From the NCBI GenBank assembly GCA_963783375.1, contig CAWANH010000029.1, positions 256,001-320,000 of the forward strand: a stretch of DNA of 64,000 nucleotides, written 5' to 3'. The notes beneath the pieces are model-generated. The model was not told the origin of the DNA. It did not search any database and worked only from the letters and a program-made list of their open reading frames with translations. The translations under genes were made by a program, and so were the position numbers. Position 1 is the stretch's first letter. Every line of letters starts with the position of its first letter. This stretch comes from Candidatus Eiseniibacteriota bacterium. Its GTDB lineage: Bacteria > Eisenbacteria > RBG-16-71-46 > JABDJR01. Below, piece after piece: positions 1 through 9,806 of the stretch.

Positions 1-1674
1 CAGTTCGATGGGTTGATCTCCCTCCGCTCTCCAACCTTCCGGCCGGACGGGAAGGCGGTGGCCCTGGCCGGACTTTCCCAGACCGGGCGACAGGATCTCT
101 ACCTGTTCGAGTTCGGAACCGGAACCCTTCGCCCGCTGACCGCCGACCGCTACTTCGAGGACGACCCGGCCTGGTCTCCGGACGGAAAGACCCTGGCCTT
201 CGTTTCCGACCGGGTGCCCTGGGGGGAGACCGGCGCCCGGAACATCTTCCTCCTCGACCTGGCCGACGGCTCGCTCCGCCCGCTCACCTGGGGACCCTGG
301 AAGGACAGCGCGCCGGCCTGGTCCGTCGACGGGGAGCGTCTGGCCTATTCCTCCGACCGGGCTGGCACCCCCCAGATCTTCGTGGCCGACTCCACCCGAC
401 GCTCGGTCCGGGTAACCTCGGTCCTGGGCGGGGCCATGAGCCCGGTATGGACCCGGGGCGACCGCCGGCTCCTGTTCACCGGGATGGGGAAGCAGCGATT
501 CGGGATCTTCAGCGTTCCGGTCGGGGCCGAGGGGGACACGCTGCCGCCCCCGCGGCTCCCCGGGCCGTCCGCCCTGGTCATGGCCGGTCCCCCCGACAGC
601 CTGGTGTCCGCCCCCCCCAGACTCTGGCCCGCGTGGCGCTGGAGCGTGGGGACCGACAGCCTGTCCGTACGCCGGTTGCCCTACCACAGCCACTTCACCC
701 TCGACCTCGCCCAGGGCGGAGTGGCGGTCGAGCCCTCCCAGGGGACCGGCGAAGGGGTTCAGGCGCTTCTCACCGACCAGCTCGGGAACAAGCTCATCTT
801 CCTTCAGGTCGCCAACACCGCCGAACAGTTCAGCGATGTCCTGGGACGGTTCAACCTCGGGGTCACCTACGTGAACCTCCAGCGGCGTCTGAACTGGGGC
901 TTCAACGCCTTCCATTTCGCCGGCGATTTCCTGGACGAGCTGGGCTATACCTATTTCGAGCGCCGGGTGGGGGGGACGGTGATCGCGTCCTATCCCTACT
1001 CCAAGTTCTTCCGGGTCGAGTCGAGCATGGGGCTTCTCTATTCGGACCGCGCCGCCGACAGCTTCCGTCCGGCCCGGAAAGCCGTCCTGGGGGTGAACTA
1101 CCTCTCGCTCATCCACGACAACTCGCTCTGGCTCCCCACCGGACCCATCGACGGGAGCCGCTACAACCTGACCCTGGGGATCAACACCAACCTGGAGAGG
1201 GCGGACGTGGAGAACGTGGTGCTGTTGGCCGACTATCGGCGCTACTTCCGCACCGGACTCCGCACCGCCTACGCGGTCCGGCTCCAGGGCCGCGTCTCCG
1301 AGGGTGCCCTGCCCCAGCGGTTCCTCCTGGGAGGATCCTGGTCGTTCCGGGGATATCCCCGGCGGGGCCTGGTGGGGACGCGCTCGTTGCTGGTCAACCA
1401 GGAGTGGCGCTTCCCGCTCCTCGAGGGCGCGGTGCTGGGCCTCCCCATGGGAAACCTGGGCCTTCCCCCGGTCGAGGGCGCGGTGTTCCTCGACGCCGGG
1501 CAGGCCCTGGAGGAGCATGAGCCCCTGGATACCGTCCGGGGGAGCTTCGGTCTCGGATTCCGCACCAACCTGGCCGGGCTCATCGTGCTCCGGCTCGACG
1601 TGGCCCGTCTCACCGATTTCAAACGGGTGGAACCGGGCACCCACTGGGACTTCTTCATCGGGTACGACTACTGA
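1..1674 (+). CDS. Omp85 (BamA/TamA-family) outer-membrane protein with N-terminal TolB-like PD40/WD40 propeller repeats; 5'-truncated by window edge
   Basis: Frame open from base 1. Repeats SPTFRPDGK, DPAWSPDGKTLAF, APAWSVDGERLAY, SPVWTRGDRR. C-terminal barrel has the L6 motif SFRGY, a FLDAG motif and aromatic end WDFFIGYDY. Confidence 0.85.
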   Translation, partial: QFDGLISLRSPTFRPDGKAVALAGLSQTGRQDLYLFEFGTGTLRPLTADRYFEDDPAWSPDGKTLAFVSDRVPWGETGARNIFLLDLADGSLRPLTWGPWKDSAPAWSVDGERLAYSSDRAGTPQIFVADSTRRSVRVTSVLGGAMSPVWTRGDRRLLFTGMGKQRFGIFSVPVGAEGDTLPPPRLPGPSALVMAGPPDSLVSAPPRLWPAWRWSVGTDSLSVRRLPYHSHFTLDLAQGGVAVEPSQGTGEGVQALLTDQLGNKLIFLQVANTAEQFSDVLGRFNLGVTYVNLQRRLNWGFNAFHFAGDFLDELGYTYFERRVGGTVIASYPYSKFFRVESSMGLLYSDRAADSFRPARKAVLGVNYLSLIHDNSLWLPTGPIDGSRYNLTLGINTNLERADVENVVLLADYRRYFRTGLRTAYAVRLQGRVSEGALPQRFLLGGSWSFRGYPRRGLVGTRSLLVNQEWRFPLLEGAVLGLPMGNLGLPPVEGAVFLDAGQALEEHEPLDTVRGSFGLGFRTNLAGLIVLRLDVARLTDFKRVEPGTHWDFFIGYDY

Positions 1675-1675
1675 G

Positions 1676-2746
1676 ATGAAACGTCATCCGCTTCGGTTTC
1701 TCATCGCGGCGCTGGTGCTGGCCGGATGCGCCGGGCCCGCCGCCCTGGACACCGGCGAGCCCCTGGTGGACGCCCATCGGCCCCGTCCGGCCGCGGTGTG
1801 GGAGAGGGACGTGGGGCGCCAGGTGGAATTCGCGCCGGTCCCCGCCGGGGACACCTGGCTCCTCGCGGTCACCGACAAGGCGCTCTGGCGGATGCGGGGG
1901 GAGGATGGGACAGTTCTCTGGCGGCGGAAGCTCCCCGCTTCGCCCACGTCGTCCCCGGTCCTCTGCGATTCGACGGTGGTGGTGGCCACCGACGTGCCCA
2001 GCGAGCACGTCCTGGGGATCGCTCTGGCCGACGGCGAGGTGCGCTGGAAACGCCCCTTCGGGCTGGGTCTTCCCGCGGGGGAGGACACCGTGCTGATCGT
2101 CGCCGCCCGCGGGGGCCAGGTCGCCCGCCTCGATCCGGCGAGCGGGGAGCCGGTATGGAGGGCACGGCGGCGGGGGGCGGGCTGGCGCGCGCCCGCGCTC
2201 CGCATCGCCGAGGGACTGGTCCTGGTGCCGGTGCGTCGGGATTCGGTGGCGGCGATCCGTCTGGCCGACGGCGGGCCGGCGTGGTCGGTCGCGGTCGGTC
2301 CGTGGCCCCGGATCTCGGCCGGGACCGGACCCGCGGTGGTCGCCACCGACGACAGCGTACTCACGGTGATCGACCCCGCCGACGGGTCGCTCGGGGCCCG
2401 GCGCGACCTGGGCTCGATGACCGCGGGAGCGCCGGTGGTGCGTGGGGATACGGTGGCGGTGGCGCTTCGAAACGGGACGGTGCTGCTCCTCCGCCTTCCG
2501 TCCCTGGAGACGATCTGGTCCCGCGAGCTGGAGCCTCCCCTGGTGGCCGCGCCGTGCTTCAAGGAGGGTACGGTGCTTCAGCCCGGCGCCCGGGGCATCG
2601 TCCACGGTTTCCGCGCCGCCGACGGGTCGCCGGCGGGCGCGTGGTACCACCCCGAACGGATCCTGGCCCCCCCCGGCCTCGAATCGGATCTGCTCCTCAT
2701 CTCGGGGGAACGCGGCATGGTGGCGGTGTATCGGAGGGGTTCATGA
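1676..2746 (+). CDS. PQQ-like beta-propeller lipoprotein (BamB-like)
   Basis: ATG 1676 one base after upstream stop; lipobox MKRHPLRFLIAALVLAG-C; repeated DG..W / SG..VW blades (EDGTVLW, ADGEVRW, ASGEPVW, ADGGPAW). Confidence 0.8.
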   Translation: MKRHPLRFLIAALVLAGCAGPAALDTGEPLVDAHRPRPAAVWERDVGRQVEFAPVPAGDTWLLAVTDKALWRMRGEDGTVLWRRKLPASPTSSPVLCDSTVVVATDVPSEHVLGIALADGEVRWKRPFGLGLPAGEDTVLIVAARGGQVARLDPASGEPVWRARRRGAGWRAPALRIAEGLVLVPVRRDSVAAIRLADGGPAWSVAVGPWPRISAGTGPAVVATDDSVLTVIDPADGSLGARRDLGSMTAGAPVVRGDTVAVALRNGTVLLLRLPSLETIWSRELEPPLVAAPCFKEGTVLQPGARGIVHGFRAADGSPAGAWYHPERILAPPGLESDLLLISGERGMVAVYRRGS

Positions 2747-3276
2747 GACACCGGGGGAGGATGCGCGGGATCCTGGCGCGGAGGGCGGGGCTCTGTCTGC
2801 TCGCCCACCTCCTGGGCCTGGCCGGGGGACCGGCCGGAGCCCTGGCCGCGGGTTCCCTGTCGCGTCCCGGCGCCGTCGCGCTCCCCGACCTGGCGGGAGC
2901 CCCGGCCGACTCCGCCGGCGCCTCCGGCATCCCTCCCATGGACGAATCCGGCCGCAGCACAACCGGCATCCTGATTTCCGGGATGGGGGTGGCGGCGGGG
3001 GTGGGTCTGGCCATCTGGCTCAAGAACGAGGCGGATATCCGTTACGATCGGTATCGGGACACCGCCGATCCGGTTCGGGCGCGCGATGCTTTCGACGCCG
3101 CCCAACGCTACGACCGGGCGACCTTGATCGGCTGGGGAGTGGCCGAGATTTCCTTCGTGGCGTTGTTCTACTACCTCACCCGCGAGGAAAAGCGCCCCCT
3201 GATTCCGGTCCGGGGCGAACCGGTGGTGCGGTCGGGCGAGGACGGCATTCAGGTCGGCTTGCGGGTGACGCCGTGA
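2743..3276 (+). CDS. Hypothetical exported/membrane protein (signal peptide, two hydrophobic helices, C-terminal beta-hairpin-like tail)
   Basis: ATGA/GTGA overlaps with both neighbours; hydrophobic segments GILISGMGVAAGVGLAIWL and LIGWGVAEISFVALFYYL. Start may be ATG 2761. Confidence 0.7.
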   Translation: MRHRGRMRGILARRAGLCLLAHLLGLAGGPAGALAAGSLSRPGAVALPDLAGAPADSAGASGIPPMDESGRSTTGILISGMGVAAGVGLAIWLKNEADIRYDRYRDTADPVRARDAFDAAQRYDRATLIGWGVAEISFVALFYYLTREEKRPLIPVRGEPVVRSGEDGIQVGLRVTP

Positions 3277-4517
3277 ACCGCGCGGGCACCCGGTTCGCCC
3301 GTGGCTTCGCGGCGGCGGCGATCGCGGCGTTGACGGTGGCCGGTTGCTCCACCCGGGATCATGTGAACCCGCTCGATCCCGGGAACCCCTCGACCGGGGG
3401 CGAGCCCCGCTGGTTGAGCGCGGTGGCCGACCGCGGCGCGGTGGACCTGGAATGGAACGTCCCCGCCTACCGGGACCTCGAGACGGTCATGGTCCTGGAC
3501 CTCACCACCGGCGACACCCTGGCCGCGGGCGCGTCGGGAGCGGGGAGCGTCCGCCGGGCTCCGGTCCCCGACGGAGTGGAACGGCGGTTCCGCCTGGACC
3601 TGGCGCTTTCGGGGGGCCGCGTGCTCTCCCTCCCCGAGGAGATCGCCACCCCGGGCCCCGCGGTGGTCTGGGTCTACGACGTCGGCCCCGAAGCGGTGAT
3701 CCGCCTGGCTCCCGACGGCCGCGAGACCCGGTTCCGGATCGACGACCTCCTCGGGCTCACCGTGGCCGCGGACCCGGATTCCGGCTCGGTCCTGGCGGTG
3801 GACTTCTACGGCGGCCGGGTGAGGCTGTTCGATCGGGAGGGACGGCTCCGATGGTCGGACGAAACGTTTTCGCGGCCCATCTACGCCGTCCACGCCGCGG
3901 AGGGATGGTGGGTGGCCGACCCGGGCGACGGAGCGGTGACCCTTCTCGATCCCGACGGCGCGGTTCTCTATGCCGATTCGACCTTCTCCACCCCGGTGGA
4001 CCTGGCTCCCGCCGGGCCGGGGGCGGTCTGGGTGGCCGACCGCTCCGGGCGGGTCGGGCGGCTTCGGTGTGGGGAGGGGGTCGTCGACTCCACCACCGCG
4101 CTCTCCGCGCCCTACCTGGTGAGCGAGACCGCCGACGGGGGGGTGTGGGTGGCCGATCGCGAGAGCGAAGCCCTGGTCCGGCTCGACGCGTCCCTGGTCG
4201 AACGGGCGCGGGTGAAGGGTCTTCCCGGGCTCAACGATCTGGCTCCCGACCCGGTGGACGTGATCGCGGTGTGGGGAGCCGACCGTGGCGGCCGCCGGGT
4301 GGTCCGCTTCGGTGCCGACGGAAGGGTTGCGGCGAACCTCGTCGGGGTGATCAGCCCCAGCGCATTGGTCGTGTCCCCGGACGGTTCGGAGATATGGGTG
4401 ACCGATCCGTCGCGCGGGGAGTTGATCCGCCTCGCGCGGGACGGCTCGGTGATCGCCCGCTCCCGGGGCCTCGGCGCCCCCACCGCCCTGGCCGTCGCCT
4501 TCGACCCGGCTCCCTGA
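3273..4517 (+). CDS. Lipoprotein with FN3-like domain and NHL/Vgb-like beta-propeller repeats
   Basis: GTG overlapping upstream TGA; lipobox LTVAG-C followed by NPLDPGNP; repeated WVAD/WVTD blades (WWVADPG, VWVADRSG, VWVADRES, IWVTDPS). Confidence 0.75.
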   Translation: MNRAGTRFARGFAAAAIAALTVAGCSTRDHVNPLDPGNPSTGGEPRWLSAVADRGAVDLEWNVPAYRDLETVMVLDLTTGDTLAAGASGAGSVRRAPVPDGVERRFRLDLALSGGRVLSLPEEIATPGPAVVWVYDVGPEAVIRLAPDGRETRFRIDDLLGLTVAADPDSGSVLAVDFYGGRVRLFDREGRLRWSDETFSRPIYAVHAAEGWWVADPGDGAVTLLDPDGAVLYADSTFSTPVDLAPAGPGAVWVADRSGRVGRLRCGEGVVDSTTALSAPYLVSETADGGVWVADRESEALVRLDASLVERARVKGLPGLNDLAPDPVDVIAVWGADRGGRRVVRFGADGRVAANLVGVISPSALVVSPDGSEIWVTDPSRGELIRLARDGSVIARSRGLGAPTALAVAFDPAP

Positions 4518-4555
4518 CCGGGGCTTGGGAAGCGGGAGCGCGGGCCCCCCGAGAA

Positions 4556-4584
4556 TGGCCGAACCCCTTGTCCCCTGGTATGAT
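4556..4584 (+). promoter_or_regulatory. Probable sigma70 promoter of recJ-rel-dtd
   Basis: TGGCCG-17nt-TATGAT with extended -10 (TGgTATGAT) in an AT-rich intergenic patch; SD GAGGAGG before GTG 4644. Confidence 0.55.
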
Positions 4585-4643
4585 AAATATGGACTTTTGT
4601 ATTTTGGACCGAAGGAGCCCCGTTCGAATCGAGAGGAGGACCG

Positions 4644-6344
4644 GTGTCGCGTCCCTGGAGCTGGCCGTCGGCGGAAACGGAAGGCGAGGCCTCGCGCCTC
4701 ACCGGCCGGTACGGCATGCCGCGCGCGGTGGCCCGGACCCTGGCCCGGCGGGGGATGGGGGCCGACGACAGCCTGGAGGAGTACCTGAACCCCCGGCTCC
4801 GCCGGCTCGGTGATCCGATGGTCCTCGACGATATGGACGTCGCGGTGGATCGGGCGTGGCGGGCGGTCGAAAACCGGGAGGTGATCTTCGTCCACGGGGA
4901 CTACGACGTTGACGGTATCTCGGGAACCGCGTTCCTGACCCGGATGCTCCGGGCCCTGGGGGCGGAGGTAGTGCCCTACGTTCCCAACCGGGGCGACGGC
5001 TACGGGCTGGGGGAGCCGGGGATCGCCGTCGCGGCCGAGGCGGGGGCCCGGCTGCTCATCACCGTGGACAACGGGGTGCGGGCGTTCGCCGAGGTGATCC
5101 TGGCCCGGAAGGCGGGGCTGGACGTGGTGATCCTCGATCATCACCAGCCCGCCGACACCCTGCCCGAGGCCCTGGCGGTGGTGAATCCCCGCCGCCCCGG
5201 GGGAGGGCACGGGTTCGAATCGTTGGCCGGGGTGGGGGTCGCGGCCAAGTTCATTCACGCCATGGCCGCGAGCCGGCCGGGGAGGCTCCCCGGGTCGGTC
5301 TACAAGGAAGCGCTCCAGCTCGTGGCGCTGGGCACGATCGCCGACTCGATGCCGCTCACCGGGGAGAACCGGATCCTGGTGCACCATGGGCTGAGGCAGC
5401 TCGAGGATTCCGAGTGGGCGGGGATCAAGGCGCTGAAGGCCACCGCCCGGCTCGACCGGGGCCGGGTGAGCGCCACCGACGTGGCCTTCTTCCTGGCCCC
5501 GCGGCTGAACGCGGCGGGCCGGATGGGGGAGGCGGCGGACGCCCTGGCCCTGCTCCTGGCCGACGACCCGGCCGAGGCCTACCGCCTGGCCGACGGCATG
5601 GAGCGGCTGAACCTGGAGCGCCGGAAGGTGGAGCAGGCGATGATGGCGGATGCGGTGGAACGCATCCGCGGTCGCGAGACGGTGCCGGCGGCGGTGGTGA
5701 TGTGGTCGGAGGAGTGGCCGGTAGGGGTGATCGGGATCGCGGCCAGCCGGATCCTCGATCGATACCACCGCCCCGCGCTCCTCATCGCCATGGACGGGGA
5801 ATTCGGGCGGGGATCCGCGCGCAGCCTCAAGACGTTTCCGCTCCCCGAGGCCCTGGCCGCCTGCGCCTCGGAGCTGGAGGAGTTCGGAGGCCATGCCGAG
5901 GCGGCGGGTTTCCGGATCCGGCGCGACCGTCTGGAGCCCTTTCGGGAACGGATGGAGGCCCTGGCCGAGGCGGCGGACATGGATCCCGCGCCGGATCCCT
6001 GGGAGGTGGACGCGGCGGTGGATCTGGCCGAGATGGACGCGGACTGCGTGGACTGGCTGGAGCGTCTCTCGCCCTTCGGGCGGGGGAACCCCGAACCCCT
6101 CTTCGGAGCCGAGGGCCTCACCGTGGCCGCCGCCCCCTCGGTGGTGGGAAAACGCCACCTTCGGCTCACCCTGGCCTCGGGATCCGGACAGAAGAGCCTA
6201 CGGGCCATCGCCTTCAATCAAGGGGAGCGGGTGAACGAGCTCTCCCGCGGTCGTCGCGTGGACGCGGTCTTCCACGCGTCGTTCGATACCTGGCGGGGCG
6301 GCCGCCAGGTGCAGCTGGTGGTACGAGACCTGAGAACACGCTGA
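4644..6344 (+). CDS. recJ: Single-stranded-DNA-specific exonuclease RecJ
   Basis: GDYDVDG, TVDNG, ILDHH, GTIAD, PRLNAAGR, GSARS, FGGH and PFGRGNP motifs. Confidence 0.97.
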   Translation: MSRPWSWPSAETEGEASRLTGRYGMPRAVARTLARRGMGADDSLEEYLNPRLRRLGDPMVLDDMDVAVDRAWRAVENREVIFVHGDYDVDGISGTAFLTRMLRALGAEVVPYVPNRGDGYGLGEPGIAVAAEAGARLLITVDNGVRAFAEVILARKAGLDVVILDHHQPADTLPEALAVVNPRRPGGGHGFESLAGVGVAAKFIHAMAASRPGRLPGSVYKEALQLVALGTIADSMPLTGENRILVHHGLRQLEDSEWAGIKALKATARLDRGRVSATDVAFFLAPRLNAAGRMGEAADALALLLADDPAEAYRLADGMERLNLERRKVEQAMMADAVERIRGRETVPAAVVMWSEEWPVGVIGIAASRILDRYHRPALLIAMDGEFGRGSARSLKTFPLPEALAACASELEEFGGHAEAAGFRIRRDRLEPFRERMEALAEAADMDPAPDPWEVDAAVDLAEMDADCVDWLERLSPFGRGNPEPLFGAEGLTVAAAPSVVGKRHLRLTLASGSGQKSLRAIAFNQGERVNELSRGRRVDAVFHASFDTWRGGRQVQLVVRDLRTR

Positions 6345-8527
6345 TGTCGGTCGAGCAAACGGCGGACCTGTTCCAGCCCCTGGTGGAGGACATCCACATC
6401 CGGGGGATCACCCTGGACGAGGACCTGGTCAGCCGGGCCTTCGGGTATTCCGCCGAGGCCCACAAGGATCAGAAGCGCCGGAGCGGGGAGCCCTACATGG
6501 CTCACCCGGTGGCGGTGGCGCGCATTCTGGTGGAGCTCCTGGACCGGCGCTCGGACGCGGTCATCATCGCCGCCGCTCTCCTCCACGACGTGGTGGAGGA
6601 CACCGGCATCACCATCGACGACATCCGGCGCGGGTTCGGCAAGGAGATCGCCCTCCTGGTGGACGGGGTCACCAAGATCGAGGGGCTCCAGTTCGAGAGC
6701 ACCGAGCGGGAGCAGGCCGAAACCTTCCGGAAGATGCTCCTCTCCATGGCCCAGGACGTCCGGGTCATCCTGATCAAGCTGGCCGACCGCCTCCACAACA
6801 TGCGGACCCTGGAGTACCTCTCCCCCGACCGCCAGCGCGCCATCTCCCTGGAGACCCGGGAGATCTACGGACCCCTGGCCCACCGCCTGGGCATCGGGTG
6901 GATCAAGTGGGAGCTCGAGGATCTGGCGCTGAAGCACCTGGATCACCCGGCCTACAAGGAACTCACCCAGCTCGTGGCCGACAAGCGCGGGGAGCGGGAG
7001 CGCATGGTGGAACGGGTGGTGGTCCCCATCCAGGAAGCGCTGGAGATGGAAGGGGTTCCGGTCGAGATCATGGGCCGGCCCAAGCACTTCGACAGCATCT
7101 ATCGGAAGATGAAGTCCCAGGACCGTCCCTTCGACGCCATCTACGATCTCATCGGAGTCCGCGTGGTCACCGCATCCAAGGCCGATTGTTACCGGGCCCT
7201 CGGGGTGGTGCACGACCTGTTCAAGCCGGTCCCGGATCGGTTCAAGGACTACATCGCCACCCCCAAGGCCAACCTGTACCAGTCGCTCCACACCACGGTG
7301 ATCGGGCCGGACGGCCGTTTCGTGGAGGTGCAGATCCGCACCGCGGAGATGCATCGGATCGCCGAGTTCGGAATCGCCGCCCACTACAGCTACAAGGAAG
7401 GGACCCGCCCGGAGCGCGAGCTGGACGACAAGCTCGGCGGCCTGGTGGGGGGAACGCTGGAGTGGGACGACGGGCGCGACCCCGAGGAGTACATGGAGTT
7501 CCTGAAGACCTCCCTCTACCAGGACGAGGTCTTCGTGTTCACCCCGCGGGGGGAGCTCCGCCATCTGCCCAAGGGGGCCACCGCCCTGGATTTCGCCTTC
7601 CTCATCCACACCGAGATCGGGATGAAGGCGGTGGGGGCGAAGGTGAACGGGCGGCTGGTTCCCCTCCGCTACGAGCTCAAGAACGGCGACACCCTGGAGA
7701 TCGTGACCCAGGCGTCGGCCCATCCCTCCGAAGACTGGCTCTCCAGCCTCCAGACCTCCCGCGCCCGCCAGAAGGTGCGCCACTGGCTGAAGGAGCAACG
7801 CCGCGAGGATTCGATCTCCCTGGGGCGGGAGATGCTCTCCCGGGAGCTCAAGCGGCACCGGAAGCCGATGGTCAGGGAGAAGGATCTGGTGAACCCCGCC
7901 CAGTCCCTGGGGCTCGATTCCGCGGAGCACCTGCTGGCCGCTCTCGGACAGGGGGACCTTTCGGTCACCCAGGTCGTGCAGAGGCTGCACCCCGAGCTCC
8001 TGGAGGAGAAGGAACGGGGAAAGACCCGGAAGTCGCCGTTCACCCGGCTCCGGGAGTTGTCGCGGAAGACCTCGGGGGGGATCCGGATCCAGGGGGTGGA
8101 CAATCTCATGGTGCGTCTGGCCAAGTGCTGCCAGCCGGTCCCCGGCGAGCGCATCGTGGGCGTGGTGACCCGGGGCCGCGGCCTGACCGTCCACCGCGTG
8201 GACTGTCCCAACTCCCTCGGGGGCCAGGTGGAGCCCGAACGCCGGGTCGATCTCTCCTGGGACGTGCAGGACGCCCGAGCCTTCATCGTGAAGCTGTTGA
8301 TCTTCGGCGACGACCGCCAGGGGATGCTGGCCGATCTGGCCAACGCCATCACCGCCACCGGCACCAACATCCGGAACGCCGGAGTGACCTCGGTGGACGG
8401 GGACGCGCGCGGTACCTTCCTGGTCGAGGTCAACAACCTCAACCATCTCACCAAGGTGCTCTCCGCCATCAAGCGGGTGCGCGGGGTGCGGGCGGTGGAG
8501 CGGAAACAGTTCCTGGGGGAGGAATAG
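6344..8527 (+). CDS. relA: Bifunctional (p)ppGpp synthetase/hydrolase (long RSH, Rel/SpoT)
   Basis: ATG 6344 (TGATG overlap). Intact HD motif [30 protein letters not shown] (RxKD), YQSLHT, EVQIRT, TGS domain (DFAFLIHT), [11 protein letters not shown] domain. Confidence 0.96.
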   Translation: MSVEQTADLFQPLVEDIHIRGITLDEDLVSRAFGYSAEAHKDQKRRSGEPYMAHPVAVARILVELLDRRSDAVIIAAALLHDVVEDTGITIDDIRRGFGKEIALLVDGVTKIEGLQFESTEREQAETFRKMLLSMAQDVRVILIKLADRLHNMRTLEYLSPDRQRAISLETREIYGPLAHRLGIGWIKWELEDLALKHLDHPAYKELTQLVADKRGERERMVERVVVPIQEALEMEGVPVEIMGRPKHFDSIYRKMKSQDRPFDAIYDLIGVRVVTASKADCYRALGVVHDLFKPVPDRFKDYIATPKANLYQSLHTTVIGPDGRFVEVQIRTAEMHRIAEFGIAAHYSYKEGTRPERELDDKLGGLVGGTLEWDDGRDPEEYMEFLKTSLYQDEVFVFTPRGELRHLPKGATALDFAFLIHTEIGMKAVGAKVNGRLVPLRYELKNGDTLEIVTQASAHPSEDWLSSLQTSRARQKVRHWLKEQRREDSISLGREMLSRELKRHRKPMVREKDLVNPAQSLGLDSAEHLLAALGQGDLSVTQVVQRLHPELLEEKERGKTRKSPFTRLRELSRKTSGGIRIQGVDNLMVRLAKCCQPVPGERIVGVVTRGRGLTVHRVDCPNSLGGQVEPERRVDLSWDVQDARAFIVKLLIFGDDRQGMLADLANAITATGTNIRNAGVTSVDGDARGTFLVEVNNLNHLTKVLSAIKRVRGVRAVERKQFLGEE

Positions 8528-8579
8528 TGGCCGGCGACGGGCGTGCCGGAACCCCGGCGGCGGCGGGGAGCGGCGGCCG

Positions 8580-9023
8580 GTGAGAGCGGTGGTCCAGCGG
8601 GTGCGGCGGGCCTCGGTGGCGGTGGACGGGGAGCCGACCCGCGTGATCGGTCCCGGGCTCCTGCTCCTGATCGGGGTGGCCCACGCGGACACCGAGGCCG
8701 AGGCGCGCTGGATGGCGGAGAAGTGCGCGAACCTCCGGATCTTTTCCGACGACGCCGGGAAGATGAACCGGAGCCTTCTGGAGGCCGGGGGCGAGGCGCT
8801 GGTGGTGAGCCAGTTCACCCTCTACGGCGACGCCCGAAAGGGCCGGAGACCGTCTTTCGTGCACGCCGCCCCCCCCGAACGGGCCGACCGGCTGTATCTC
8901 CGGATGGCGGAGTGCCTGCGCGAGGCGGGGGTGGCGCGGGTCGAGACCGGCACCTTCCAGGCCCACATGCTGGTTTCCCTGGAGAACGACGGTCCGGTGA
9001 CCATCCTCCTCGACACGCCGTAG
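8580..9023 (+). CDS. dtd: D-aminoacyl-tRNA deacylase
   Basis: [28 protein letters not shown] motifs; typical position after rel. Confidence 0.97.
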   Translation: MRAVVQRVRRASVAVDGEPTRVIGPGLLLLIGVAHADTEAEARWMAEKCANLRIFSDDAGKMNRSLLEAGGEALVVSQFTLYGDARKGRRPSFVHAAPPERADRLYLRMAECLREAGVARVETGTFQAHMLVSLENDGPVTILLDTP

Positions 9024-9078
9024 CCGGGGCCGGGGGGGATCCGCCGGGAGCGTCCGTTCATCTGGTAGGATCCGTTCG

Positions 9079-9771
9079 ATGGACGAACGACGGGACGGCG
9101 AACCGCGGCTCGATGCGCTTCCACTCCCGCCGATCCCCAAGCGGGAGCACCCGCGGGATCCGGCGTGGGGCATGCGTGTCCTGGGGATCGAGGGAGCGGA
9201 GATCGTTCTCGCCTCGGGCTCGCCGCGCCGGGCGGCCATGCTGGGGGACCTCGGGGTTCGTTTCCTCCCGCATCCGGTCGCGGTTGGCGAGACGGTCCGG
9301 CCCGGAGAGGACGCGACTTCGGCGGCGGTTCGACTGGCCCAGGCCAAGGCCCGGGCCGCCGCGCTCGACTTCCCCGACCGGGAAGTTCTCGTGGTGGGGG
9401 CGGACACGTTGGTGGTCCTGGACGGCGTCCCCCTCGGGAAGCCCCGGGACGACGAGGACGCGCGGAGGATGCTTCGATCCCTTTCCGGCCGCGCCCACGC
9501 CGTGGTGACCGGGGTGGCGGTGCTTCGCGTACGGGACGGCGCGCTCCTCTCGGGATGCGAGCACACCGAGGTGCGTTTCCGCGATCTGGCCGAGGTGGAC
9601 ATCGAGGCCCTGGTGGCCTCCGGCGAGGCGGCGGACAAGGCCGGCGCCTACGGCATCCAGGGCCTGGCCTCCCTGATGGTCGAGGGGATCGACGGCGACT
9701 ACTTCAATGTGGTGGGGTTGCCCCTGGGACTTCTCCGCCGGCTTCTACGGGACGCGGCCCGGCCCGAGTAG
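9079..9771 (+). CDS. maf: Maf/YhdE-family nucleoside triphosphate pyrophosphatase
   Basis: LASGSPRR, GADT, LGKP, LSGR.H.V.TG, DKAGAYGIQG, NVVGLP motifs. Alternative start ATG 9172. Confidence 0.92.
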   Translation: MDERRDGEPRLDALPLPPIPKREHPRDPAWGMRVLGIEGAEIVLASGSPRRAAMLGDLGVRFLPHPVAVGETVRPGEDATSAAVRLAQAKARAAALDFPDREVLVVGADTLVVLDGVPLGKPRDDEDARRMLRSLSGRAHAVVTGVAVLRVRDGALLSGCEHTEVRFRDLAEVDIEALVASGEAADKAGAYGIQGLASLMVEGIDGDYFNVVGLPLGLLRRLLRDAARPE

Positions 9772-9806
9772 GGCGGAACCCCCGCCCGGTGCGCTACCAT
9801 GACCCC

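Noticed and set aside
4560-4615. AT-rich stretch considered as dif, oriC or parS
   Set aside because: No XerD arm (TTATGTTAAAT-like), DnaA boxes or parS palindrome; explained by the recJ promoter.
9772-9806. Possible SAM/methionine riboswitch before mtnA (and purine/ZTP riboswitch before purD or glyA)
   Set aside because: Intergenic spaces are 35 nt or less, or the genes overlap; no room for an aptamer.
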